Under the pieces are notes generated by a model. That model saw only the letters and a list, made by a program, of their open reading frames with translations. It did no database searches and was not told the DNA's origin. Shown piece after piece: positions 1 through 11,266 of a stretch of DNA of 32,000 bases (the stretch's first letter is position 1; each line of letters begins with the position of its first letter). The position numbers were made by a program, and so were the translations under genes. The stretch is taken from assembly GCF_000008305.1 (NCBI RefSeq), contig NC_006055.1, positions 540,001 through 572,000 of the forward strand, in the 5' to 3' direction. Source of the DNA: Mesoplasma florum L1 (lineage in GTDB: Bacteria > Bacillota_I > Bacilli_A > Mycoplasmatales > Mycoplasmataceae).

Positions 1-1943
1 AATAAATCAGTTGAAATACCAAAAGTTAAAGCTGAATTATTTCTTGTAGACATTGATAAACCACTCATTAACATTGTTCCATTGTTACCTGTATATGATG
101 AATCTGCAATTGTTGCGCTTCTTACACCTCTATAATTTGATTGAGATGAATTTCTGTTTACATCTGAATAAGTTAAGTTTAAATAAGTTAAACCTTCGAT
201 TTTTGAAATTAAGTTTTGTTCTTTAATTTGTTGAGCTTCAACTCCTGTGTTTAAACTTAATGCATTTGCAAAATTAGTTCCATTAATTGTTCCATTCATT
301 GCGCCTGTTTCTTTTCAGTAATCTCAAATATTAAAATCTGTTCCATCTTCTTTTTTGACACCTGTTTTACCTGACATTTTAAATTTATTTTGTTTTTGTT
401 GCAATGAGGCATTTGGTGATGATCAAATATCACTTTCAGAAATACCATAGAACTTGTGGAATGTATTTAACATTTGTTCAATTCCTTTATAGTATGCACT
501 AAATATTTTTGATGTTTGGGGGCTATTTACTTCAGAAGCTGATGTTGCTTTATTGTCAATAGCGATTGAATATGTGAAACCAACATCACTTAATCTTTGA
601 GTATATCCATTTCGTAAAGAAATAGTTAAACCTTTATTTGTAATTGTTTCACTTGAAATTGACATTGCTAATAAATCAGGAGTTCTTTCATTTTCTTGAA
701 TCACTGATGTTTGAACTCTTCTGTCATATTCACTTTTTAATTTATTATTATAATTTTGTAAAACTTGTTGTCATTGATTTTCAAGAGATTTATATAATAC
801 TTGATCTCCATTAACTCTTGAACCGTCTAATTGAATTTGATCTGTTGTCTTAACTTTTCCAAAGAAAGTATTTCATTCAGGTCATGCGCCTTGATCAAAC
901 TCAACACTAATTTTTCCTGTGTTGCTGAAATGATTTGTTTGCTCTTGTCTAATAATATCATTTTCATTATAGTAACTTACATTTATTGCGTTAACAACAG
1001 CAGAGCTAGTATTTCTAAAGTATTTGTTTTCAATAGTTGAAGTCATAGATTTTGCAAAGCTTTGATTGTACTTATTAATTGCTGATTTATAAGTTGTTGT
1101 ATTAGCAGTTAATACATCTTGAATTGTTAAGCTTGGCTCTAGAGCTTTTAATGTTTCAAAATCAATGTAAACTTTTGAATTTGCTTCTTTTAACATGTCT
1201 CCTGCTAATTCATTACTAATTTTGTTAATTGCAGCAATAATTTCACCATTATCAGAAACAGTAATAACAACTGTTCCTCTTACAGTATTTGTCACAGTAG
1301 CTTGTTCAGCATCTCTGTATCTATAAGTTGATGAGAAGTTTAGGTTCATACCTGATATAAATCCTTCACCATCAGCTCCTGTATTACCATAAGTCATTTC
1401 TGCATTTTCATAGTCGAATTTAATATCATCAATTCATCTTGAACCAAAGCTTCCAATTAAAACGCTATATGTTGAAGTACTAATAGCATTTCTTAAATCT
1501 ACCATTGCTTTAGCAGGACTTAATAGTGATTCAACATTTGAAGTTAAATCTTTTTGTTGATCAGGTGTTAAAACATCATAAAACTTAACTGATTGTTCAT
1601 TTGCATATGTTGAAGTTTCAGGCCCTGTTTCTCCACCACCTGTTCCAGCTGATGCTTGATCATAAATTGATTTTAAATTATCTTTTTGGAAGAAAATTAA
1701 ACCATTATTTGAGGCTTCTGTATCTAATAGAGTTGATCTTGTTGCCATTGGAGATGAAACAATTGTTGAAAATTTAGTTTGAACTTCAGATTCAAATTGT
1801 CTTATTAATTGTCTTATTGCTTCTTTTTCTTTTTCTGCTGGATCAACTGGTGGCTCAACTGGATCTTTTGAACATGAAATCACAGCCATTGATGAAGTAC
1901 CAACTACAGCGAATGATGATAATATTAATAATAATTTTTTCAT
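1..1943 (-). CDS. Large surface lipoprotein, C-terminus truncated by window edge
   Basis: Continuous frame with UGA=Trp joining ORFs 423..704, 882..1397 and 1434..1943. N-terminus [27 protein letters not shown] is a signal peptide plus lipobox Cys. Similar to the 3846..5717 product. Confidence 0.85.
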
Positions 1944-1995
1944 TTTTATTTTTTTCCTTTTCTTTCTTAATTGTGTGTATTTTTAAAATTTTATT

Positions 1996-3831
1996 TTAAA
2001 AATCAAACTTTCTAAATTTATATAAAGCTATTGAAAAACTAAATGTGCTTATTCCAAATAAAATAACCAAATAATATCAAGGCTTAATATAGTTTGATGT
2101 GGTATTTTTTTCAATCATATTAGTAGAAGTAAGTTTTATATCATACTCTGGATATCCTAAAAATAAATTCTTTTGATCTTCTAAATAAATCTTTGAAAAA
2201 GAATTTGGAGAAAATCAAATATCATTATTGTAAAATCCTAAGTTTTTGGTATAAACCATTCACAACCCACTATACAAGTTGAAATAGGATAGGCCACGCA
2301 TCATGCTTCTGCCTTTAGTATAACTATTTCAGTCTCCTGAAGTTTTAGATACCGCATTTGAAGACATAATTATGTAATTGCTTGAATATTTAATAAAGTA
2401 TTCTTCAATGACTCTAGCTGAGTACATTAAATTAAAGTTTAATTGATTTCTAACTAAATCATTTGCATTTGTAAATCTGAATCCATCATTACGGATTCCC
2501 GCAACTGAATATTCATAGAACGAAACAACATCTTGTTTTTTCAAAGCATAAGTTACTTTATTTTCTTCTATTTCTTCTTCAGATGGATTAAGTTTTTCTA
2601 AATAGCTTTTCTCAATACCTGAATCTAAAAATAAGAAATCATAAAATAAATCATATTTTTCAAATTGAAGATCATTGTTGAAGTATTTGTTAATTTCATT
2701 TGTGAAATTTCTAAATTCAACTAAAATATTTTTTGTATTTTGATCAACTGTTTTATTAATTAGTTCATCTAATTGATCGTTTGTTATAAAAGTGTCTTTT
2801 AAAGTTATTTGAATATTAAATTTATCATAGATTGCTCAAGTATTTGGAACAGATGTATCTCTAAGGGGTTTTGAGAATAAATCTAAATTTGTTTCTGTTA
2901 TAACAACTGGATTAGGATTTATAAGTCCTAAATCTTTTCACATTTGCGTTCTATAATTTATATTTGTTGTGTTACGAAATTGATCAGTGACCATTTCTTT
3001 TGAAAGAAAATAGTTGTAAACGTATTTGGATAAATGGGGATATTTAATATTTCCATCGTTTACATGATCATATAAGCTGTATGCATCATATATATCATTT
3101 AACTGAAAAATGTCACCGCTTGTAAATTGTACATAATAACTTTTTTCATTTGCTTTTATAAACGACATGGGGATGTTTGCTATAAATGATAATGCTAATA
3201 ATAATGTACATATAATTGTAGTTGTTTGTAACGTAAATATAAAAATTAAAAACGAAATAAAGTTAATTAAAAAGAATGTTGCAAGTAAACAATATATAAC
3301 ATACATTGATGTCATTCTAAGTATAAATACATCATAATGAAACAATGTAAATACTGCATAGAATATATTAATAACAATAAAGCTCATTAAAATATTTACA
3401 GCACAAATTAAAATAATTAATAAATATTGAGCTATAAAAAACTTTGTTCTACTTACTTGATTAGTTAAAACAATATATGTTGTTTTATCTTCAAAATTCT
3501 TACTGAAGAAAAATTGAATCATTCTTAAAATAAATACAAACATTAAACAACAAACAAAAAATAATATATAAAAGTTGAATATTACAACTTGAGAACTTCC
3601 AGATTTTACAAAAGCTAATATAATTCCCATTAAAATAGAAATAATAATAGTTGCTAAATTTAAAATATAAAATAATTTTTCTTTTAATAAACTTTTAAAA
3701 CTAAATTTCATTAATTTAACAAACGGGATTCTTCTATATTTAATAAGCTTTTGCTTTATAAAATTTTGCAAAGGGTTTGTTTTCTTTTTTTCATAATTTT
3801 CTTCTACCATAGTACCTTCACCTCCTTTCAA
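1996..3831 (-). CDS. ABC-2-like permease: five N-terminal TM helices, a ~330-aa non-membrane insert, one C-terminal TM helix
   Basis: Joined frame (2329..2544 + 2938..3831) with UGA=Trp. Hydrophobic segments include FYILNLATIIISILMGIILAF, FYILFFVCCLMFVFIL, FIAQYLLIILICAVNILMSFIVI and terminal YYLVIWLIIAILAISLSI. Adjacent to an ABC ATPase gene. Confidence 0.75.
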
Positions 3832-3845
3832 TGTAATTCACTAAA

Positions 3846-5717
3846 TTAAATAGATTCAATTAGTGTTCTTTCAAATCAATAAAATTTTTCTGATTTAATT
3901 ACAAAGCTTAGGTTTAAAAATGATAGATTAAAATCGACTGAAAGATTACTTGAACCTTCTTTAAATTTTTTAAAAATAAGTTGATTATTATTCATTTCAA
4001 TTATTGGAATATTCTGCAATTCTTCACTATTGTTAAATTGAAAATGAAATGATGATGAGTTAGTTTTATTTAAAAAACTTTGGCGATCTGATTCTGCTGA
4101 ATAAGTTGAACTTTTATTATTAAGTAAACTTAGTTGAGCATTAACATCTGAGATACTTTTATCATTAGTAGTTGCAGCTCTTGATTGTAAAATATTTGAA
4201 CTTTTTAAACTAATTAATTGCTGATTGTCTGACAAAGACTTTCATGTTGTTTTAGATGTTCCATAACTTTCTTGAAAAATTTGTAAAGCACTCATTGTAT
4301 TTTGGTAAATTGCTTTAAAAATTGGATCTTGATCAGGTAAAACTATTTTATTTTTAACCATTTCACTTTCACCATTTAAATAACTGTCATTAAAGTTATT
4401 GGCTGATATTCCAACATAATATGAAATCGGGCTAATTGGGTGATAATAATTAAATTCATCAAAATATAGACAAAAGTTATTTAAAGTAACCTCTCCAAAA
4501 TTAACTAGTGAATCAGAATTAATATTAAGTTCTTCATTAACGTTAGATTGAAAATTGCTTACTCATGTTTTATATTCTTTGCTTAAATAAGCATAGATAT
4601 CTTGATTTCCTTTTACGAATTTATTTTCTAGAACAATTTGATCGTCTGTTATTAATTGACTAAAAATTATTTTGAATAAATTTATATTATTTGTATTTGT
4701 TGTAGAAACTGTATCATCAAGAATTAATTCATTAGACCCGTATTTATTTTGGCGCGGATCGAAATTACTAATTTTATCAATAGATTTAAAATGTTTAAAT
4801 CTATTTTCGTCTTTAAAAGCAAAATTATAACTTTGTGTTGGCTTACTTAAATTAGTATTATGTTCATAAATATAACTTAATAAACTTTTTTCAAATTTAT
4901 CAAATTTAAAGAGATTTTCAAAATCACTATTTGATAAATTAAATAATCTTGCATAATCATTTACTCTAAGATCATATGCATCAAACCATGCTCATTCAAA
5001 TTTATTTTTAATAAGATTTTCTCTTAGCTCACTTGTTGTAAACTTTAAGTTTTCAATTATGTCATTTTGATTAGAAATTGTAATTACTATATCTTCGTGG
5101 TAATTATTTTTAATTATATTTTTATTAATGTCAGTGTATTGGTAAGTAAAAACTAAACCTAAATTAACATTAGCTATATAATTTTTATTTTCTTTATCAA
5201 AATTTAAATAACCAAAATCTATGTTATTAAAATCATAAGACAATCCATCAAATCATTTTTGATCTACATTTTTAAAATCCAAAATACTTGAATAAAAATT
5301 AATTTCAGGTTTCATTGAATCTAAAATTGTTTCTTCTAATTTACTGTTTTTTGTAATCTTATTTAAATCATTATTTAAGGCGTCTTTTTCTCTTTGAGAT
5401 AAAAGTTCATAATTTGAAGATACATTTTGGTTTTGTTTACGCAAACTTATTTCTTGTAAATTAGACTGAGTGAAAAAATCTAGATTTTTATTTTGTTGCA
5501 TAGTTTGATCAATATAAATAATTTCATTTTGTTTTTTAGCTAATGCATTATGAAATTTTGTTTCAACTTCTTGTTCAAAAGATTCGCCAAGAACATAATA
5601 GTCATATATTGGTTTATATTCTTGTTTAAAATCTTTTGGTTTTTGGCCACAAGCAGTAGTTATTAAACCAAAACCTAGAACAAATACTGAGGCAATTGGT
5701 AATACTTTTTTTAACAT
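3846..5717 (-). CDS. Large surface lipoprotein, paralogue of the 1..1943 product
   Basis: Joined frame (3876..4235, 4992..5243, 5253..5717) with UGA=Trp. N-terminus MLKKVLPIASVFVLGFGLITTACGQK has a lipobox (TTAC). Confidence 0.85.
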
Positions 5718-5732
5718 CTTATTTGGGGAAAT

Positions 5733-8600
5733 TTATTTGTTAAATTTTTGCATTAGCAATACTTCGTTTAATTTATTTTTCTCTTCTTGGATTTCACGTC
5801 TAATTCTTTCAAGTTCTAAAACATTTTCACGTTGTTTCATTTCACTATCAAATTTAGCTAACTTTTGATTCATTTCTTTTTCAAATGCCATTTCTTTTCT
5901 TAACTGTTCAAAATATTCTTTTTCTTTAATCAAATCAGATTTAATTTTTTCTAATTCTTGATCTTTTAGTGAAATTGCATTTTGTTGATGTCACATTGGT
6001 TGTTGCATATTATCTGAAAAATTATTTAAACCTTGATGTGAATTTACATATCTTTTCATATTTTGTTGTTCATTCATTTCATATTTTAATTTTTCTAATT
6101 CTTCTTTCAATTTTAAGATTTCAAAATTTGATTCTTTAATAGTTGTTGATTCTTCGTTAATTAAGTTAACTTTTGTAGCTATGTTGTTTTGAATTGTATT
6201 GATTTCACTATATTGGCTCTCTAATTGTTTTTGTTTTGATTGAGTTGAAATATTTTCAGCTTCAATTTTGGCTAGTATTGCACTTTGAGTTTCTTTCAAT
6301 TTTTTTAATTCTTCTTCAAGTTCAGCTTTTGATTGATTAACTTCACTTGATTCAATTTGAATCTGTGACATAAATTCTTTTAATTCAGAAATACTATTTT
6401 TAATTGATTCTTTTTCAGCAGATGCTGTTTTATTAAATTCATCATGATATTCCTTGAATTCTTTAATTTTTTCTAAGTATTCAGCTTTTGATTCTTGAAT
6501 AATTTGTGTTTCTGCACTAATGTTTTCAACATATGATTTTAAATCTATAAGTTTGCTTGTAAACTCAGCTTTAATTGAATCAATTTCTTCATATTCTGTA
6601 ATTGTTGCTACAGCAATATCTTCTTGTAATTTTTTCAATTCATCAAGTTTTATATTTAACTCAAGTTTCTTCATTTCAACTTCTTCTTGCTCTAAATCAA
6701 CTTCAGTCAAGAATTCTTCTCTGCTTTGTTTTAAAGCAGATAAATCTTTATCTAACGCATCTCTTGAATTATTAATTTCATCATTTTCAATTTGAATTTG
6801 AGTTAAATAACTCTTAAAGTCTTTAATTTCTTCTTGAATGATTTCTCTTTGAACAGCAACTAAGTCTTTGAATTGATTTTCAAATTCTTTAAATTCATTC
6901 ATTTTTAATTCAATTTCAGAAGTTAAAGAATTTTCAGATTCAATCTTAACTTTTTCAATATAAGTTTTTAAATCTTCAAGTTTATTCGAAAATTCAGTTT
7001 TTACTAGATTAATTTGTTCATACTCATTTGCTGAAGTTGAACTGATCTCATCTTGCAATGCCTTTAGTTCATCAATTTTAATTTGTAAATCTGTTTTCTT
7101 AAATTCTAATTCTTCTGTTTCAGCTTCAGTTTGTTGTAAAAGCGCTTTTAAATTAGTTGCTTCATCTTCAAATGAAGTTTTTACTTGATGAATGATTTCT
7201 GATTCTAATTTAATTTTTGCAAAGTAGTCTTTTAAATCATCAATGTTTAAATCAATTTCATTTTTTTGTTCTGTTACAATTTTGTTTATTTCTAATTTTA
7301 AATTTTTAAGTTCTTGCACTTTATCGAAAAAGTCATTTTTGATCATATTTATTTCTGATGCTGTTAAAACATGTTCACTTGCATAACTTGGATCATTTAA
7401 AACTAATGCTTCATGTGATTCGGTTGATGATTCAGGTGAGTTTTCACTTATTAATACAAGATCGCTTGATAAATCCACTTTAATTTCATCTTCTTTTAAA
7501 TTTAAAATGTTTTTATATTTATCTTCTATTTTGTTTAAGAAGTCTAATGCTCTGTCTAAATCAATCGATTTATTTGAACTATCAATTGCAAATTCTTTTA
7601 GTGCTTCATATTTTGGTTTATGTGGTTTTTCTTTATCTTCTAATGCTTTTGTAATTGCATCCATATTAATAGCTTGTGCTACAACATCTTTTGGTTGTAT
7701 ATGATTTTTTTCTAAAATAGCTAAAGCATCATTAAAAGTTTGGTATTGATTTAAACCAATAACTAATGAATTAGTACTTAAGTCAAAATTAAACGTCAAA
7801 ATATTATGTTGATTTAAAAGTTTTTCAACTTCTGCTAATACAACATCTTTTTCAAATGAAACATTTATTTTTTTATATAAATTCAATTCAGATTTTGATC
7901 CAGAAAATAATAATTTACCTTTTTCTAAAATTACAAAGTTTTCAATTATGTTATAAACTTCATCAATATTATGAACTGTTAATATAATTGTGCTATTGAA
8001 TTCTTCTTTAAATTCTTTTAGTATTTTGTAAGATTGCCCTCTTCATTTAGAGTCTAAGTTTGCACCTGGTTCATCTAAAATAAGAATTTCAGGTTCTTTA
8101 ATAAAGCATAAAATTAAATTCATACGGTTTTTCATTCCTCATGAAAATGCATTTAAAGGTTTATCTTTAGATGTTCATAAGTCAAATTTTTTTAATCAAT
8201 ATTCAATTCTTGATTTTACTAATGTTTTATCTAAACCCATAACATTACACATATTGTATAAAAAGTCATAAGCTGTAATTGAATATAATGAAAAATCCAT
8301 TTGAGAATAAAACCCTACATTAGAGTTATTTTCAATTGAACTGCTTTTTTTACGTTCTTTACCATTAATATAGATATTTCCATCATAATTTAGAGTAGCT
8401 CCAAGTAATGAGTTTAAAAATACACTCTTACCTGATCCACTACTTCCAAGTAATGCTGTAACTTTTCCTTTTTCAATATTAAAAGAAAATGGTCCTATAT
8501 TTATGTCTTTAAATTTTTTATGAAAATGGTCAACCATAACAGCATTATTATTAGAGTTTTCTAAAATAACACGCTTTGATTTCAAAATATTTTTTTCCAT
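5733..8600 (-). CDS. ABC transporter ATP-binding domain fused to a ~650-aa coiled-coil extension (955 aa)
   Basis: ORFs 5733..5933, 5991..7886 and 8196..8600 share one frame, separated only by TGA codons. Walker A GSSGSGKS, signature FSWGMKNR, Walker B EILILDEPGANLDS, H-loop TVHNIDE. The C-terminal part is Glu/Lys/Leu-rich heptad-like sequence. AGGAG ribosome-binding site upstream of the ATG. Confidence 0.9.
6192..7244 (-). repeat. Internal protein repeats (2 full + 1 partial, ~140 aa each) in the coiled-coil extension
   Basis: Units begin IDDLKDYFAKIKLES / IKDFKSYLTQIQIEN / ISELKEFMSQIQIES. Within the first two full units, TDLQIKIDELKALQDEI..NEYEQINLVKTEFSNKLEDLKTYIE matches LELNIKLDELKKLQEDI..TEYEEIDSIKAEFTSKLIDLKSYVE. 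Confidence 0.75.
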
Positions 8601-8681
8601 TTCGTTTTCTCCTACATCATTTTAATAATTTGTTTGATTTGATTTGAGTTTCATTTTTTCAAACCATGAGTTAATTGTCAC

Positions 8682-8697
8682 AAAAAAAAAAAAAAAA
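8682..8697. repeat. A16 homopolymer (T16 on the transcribed minus strand)
   Basis: Uninterrupted run of 16 A between hpt and the ABC-coiled-coil gene, ~81 bp upstream of its ATG. Confidence 0.95.
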
Positions 8698-8761
8698 CAA
8701 GTCTTTCATGAATTTTGTTAAAAAACACTTAAATGTTAATCAGCCAGTAAGATCAAAAAAG

Positions 8762-8791
8762 CAAAAAAAAGAAAGCATTTATGCTTTCTTT
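8762..8791 (-). terminator. Rho-independent terminator of hpt
   Basis: Perfect stem GAAAGCAT-tt-ATGCTTTC followed by a T-run on the minus strand (8 A on +). Confidence 0.75.
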
Positions 8792-8822
8792 AATATTATT
8801 TATATATAGTTTAATAAATATT

Positions 8823-9392
8823 TTATCATTTTCAATCAGCTAATTTATCAGTATCACAAACAGCTACATAAGGTAAGTTTCTTAATTTTTCTTGATAATC
8901 TAAACCATAGCCTATTACAAAGTGTTTTGCAATTGAAAAACAAGTTCAATCTGGTTTAATATCTACTTTGCGTTCAGTTGGTTTATCTAACATAGTTAAA
9001 ATTTTAACTGATTTTGCACCTTTGTTTAATAAGTAATTTTGTACAAACTCTAGTGTTAGACCAGATTCAACAATGTCTTCAACTATTAATATATTGCGAT
9101 CTTTAACAGACATGTTAACGTCTAAATTAATTTTGGGTTCTCCAGAACTTTTTGTTCCACCCAAATATGAACTTACAACCATAAAATCCATATCAATTAA
9201 AAAGTCAAAATTCATACAGAATGTTTGATAAAAAGGAATACATCCTTTTAATAATCCTATAACCAATAATGATTGGTCTTCTTTATCATTTTGTTCGTAA
9301 AATGATTTAATTTCTTTTGCTACTTCAATTGTTCTTTCTTTTATTTGTTCTTCAGTAAATAATACATTTTTTACTAATGGGTGTAATTTCAT
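8823..9392 (-). CDS. hpt: Hypoxanthine phosphoribosyltransferase
   Basis: PRPP-binding motif ILIVEDIVESGLTL, LLVIGLLKGCIPF and MVVSSYLGGTKSSG; UGA=Trp extends the track ORF to 190 codons including stop. Confidence 0.92.
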
Positions 9393-9467
9393 TGTGCTCC
9401 TTTGTTTAAATTTTGTAATATAAAAATAATACCTATTATTGATTTCTTAATCAATAGGTATTAACAA

Positions 9468-9896
9468 TTATTTCTTAATTTTTTCTAAATATGTTTCTAA
9501 AATTAATTGTGCAGCTAGTGTATCTTTGTTTTCTTTTTGTTTTTGACGAGATAACCCAGCTTCGATCATAATTGACTTAGCCATTTTAGTAGTTCTTCTT
9601 TCATCTATTCTAATTATTTGTTCTTCTTTAATTTCTGGATTATAAACCATAAATCCTTCAATAAAATAATCAACCATTTCAGCTCTTTCACCAATTGATC
9701 CATTCATGTTTTTAGGATAACCAAAAACAAATGTATCAAAAGATTTATCTTTTATGAATTCAGTTAATAAACTAACTCCTTCTTCAAAGTTTCATTCTTC
9801 AAATTTTAAGTTGATTTCTTTCTTTGCTACGTTACCTGTTGAAGAAGCTAAACCTATTGTTTTGCTCCCAACATCAAGACCTAGAATATTACTCAT
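9468..9896 (-). CDS. ruvX: Putative pre-16S rRNA nuclease / Holliday junction resolvase-like RuvX (YqgF)
   Basis: N-terminus MSNILGLDVGSKTIGLA, internal FVFGYPKNMNGSIGERA, and DERRTTKMA..LDTLAAQLILETYL-like C-terminus. Confidence 0.9.
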
Positions 9897-10701
9897 AATC
9901 TCCTCCAAGCTTTTTATTTAGCATTTTTAAAAAGACATTTTCGAATACTAAAAATCAAGTGACAGCCATAATACATGCGAATGTAATATCTGTTAAAAAA
10001 TGTTTTGCTAAAACCATTCTTGAGCTACCTACTAAAGCTGCAAATAAGAAAGCAATAGCTAATACACCATAATAATATAATGATTCTTTTTTAAATAATA
10101 AAGCTAAACCTAAAAAAGTTATAGCACTTGTTGTGTGACCAGATGGGAAAGATTTATTTTTACCAAATCCAAAAGCATAAGTTATATTTCATCATTCTCT
10201 ATATTCATACGTGCCATTAATAACTGAGCTTATTGGTCTTGGTCTTGAAAAAATATTCTTTAATAATTCTGTTGTTAGTGAAATTGTAATTATATATACA
10301 ATTACTAAACCTGCTTTTCATAAAAAATTTCTTTGTTCTACAAAAGTTGGGTTTAATTTATAAAATACATTTGTTGCTATAAACAATGAAACAAAAACTA
10401 AACTATTAAAAATATCTACACTAAGTTCATGAATGTGTTTTTCTTCTTTTGACATTAATGGAGCAAATAAGTAAATAATAGTTCCAGCATATATTAATGT
10501 GTAATAAACAGTTTTAAACATGAATAAATGTAAAGCTCAGTCTTTTTTCTTTCTTGTTAAGTAAATAAATATACCAACAATACAAAAATTGACTGGTATT
10601 AAGAAAGTAAGTTGTCCGAATTTATCAAAAGCATATCCAAATCAAGAATTTTCTTTATAAATATTTTCAGCTATTTGAGCATCTAAAAAAGTTCCCACCA
10701 T
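9889..10701 (-). CDS. PAP2-family phosphatase, membrane protein (5' end uncertain, see frameshift finding)
   Basis: Signature FSRPRP..KSFPSGHTTSA...SRMVLAKHFLTD; multiple hydrophobic segments; stop overlaps the ruvX start. In-frame ATG at 10701. Confidence 0.8.
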
Positions 10702-10861
10702 AAAAATGGTAAACAATACTATTCCGATTGATAAAAAAACATATAAGTATGGTTTTTTAATTTTTTCTTTGTCTATAAGTAGTTTCATACAATTAATTAT
10801 ACTTAAATTATTTCTTTTTTAATTTAACTAATGTTAAAATATAAATCCAAGAGGTATTTAT

Positions 10862-11266
10862 ATGAATTATGATAAATTATTAGAAATTGTTAAAAAAGAA
10901 GTTTATACAAGAGAATTTGAAACTGACAAAGTGACAGCTGGTGCTGTTGCATCAGTATTAGTAACAAAAGATAATAATTTTTACACAGGTGTTTGTGTTG
11001 TAATGGATTGTGCTTTAGGGACATGCGCTGAAAGATCTGCTGCTTTTCAAATGATTAAGAATAATGAAACTGAAATTAAAACAATTTTAACTATAGGTAG
11101 AAATGGATATATTTATCCTCCATGTGGTGCATGCTTAGAATTGATTAAGTTAATAAATCCTAATAACAAAAATACGCAATTTTATATTTCAAAAAATCAA
11201 ACATTAAATTTAAATCAGTTAATGATTAAAAACTGACAAGATAAAGAAAAAATGGAAAAATATTAA
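10862..11266 (+). CDS. cdd: Cytidine deaminase family protein
   Basis: Zinc-binding motifs CAERSAAFQMI and PPCGACLELI; AGAGG upstream of ATG; frame continues through TGA (Trp) to TAA at 11264. Confidence 0.85.

Noticed and set aside
831-1040. Plus-strand ORF inside the lipoprotein gene
   Set aside because: It is antisense to a well-supported minus-strand lipoprotein and shows no recognisable domain. The same applies to plus-strand ORFs at 1817, 6520, 7507, 14185 (minus, inside typA), 21298, 21390, 22084, 22178, 27696, 28852, 30458 and 31014.
1-5717. MIB-MIP immunoglobulin-binding/cleaving system
   Set aside because: The lipoproteins show no serine-protease-like motif that I recognise, and the cluster includes an ABC ATPase and permease, which is a different architecture. 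A profile search would be needed to exclude it fully.
5733-8600. Possible SMC/Rad50-like DNA repair ATPase
   Set aside because: The ATPase domain is complete at the N-terminus, with Walker A, signature and Walker B contiguous as in transporters. There is no C-terminal ATPase half after the coiled coil, and the gene is followed by membrane components.
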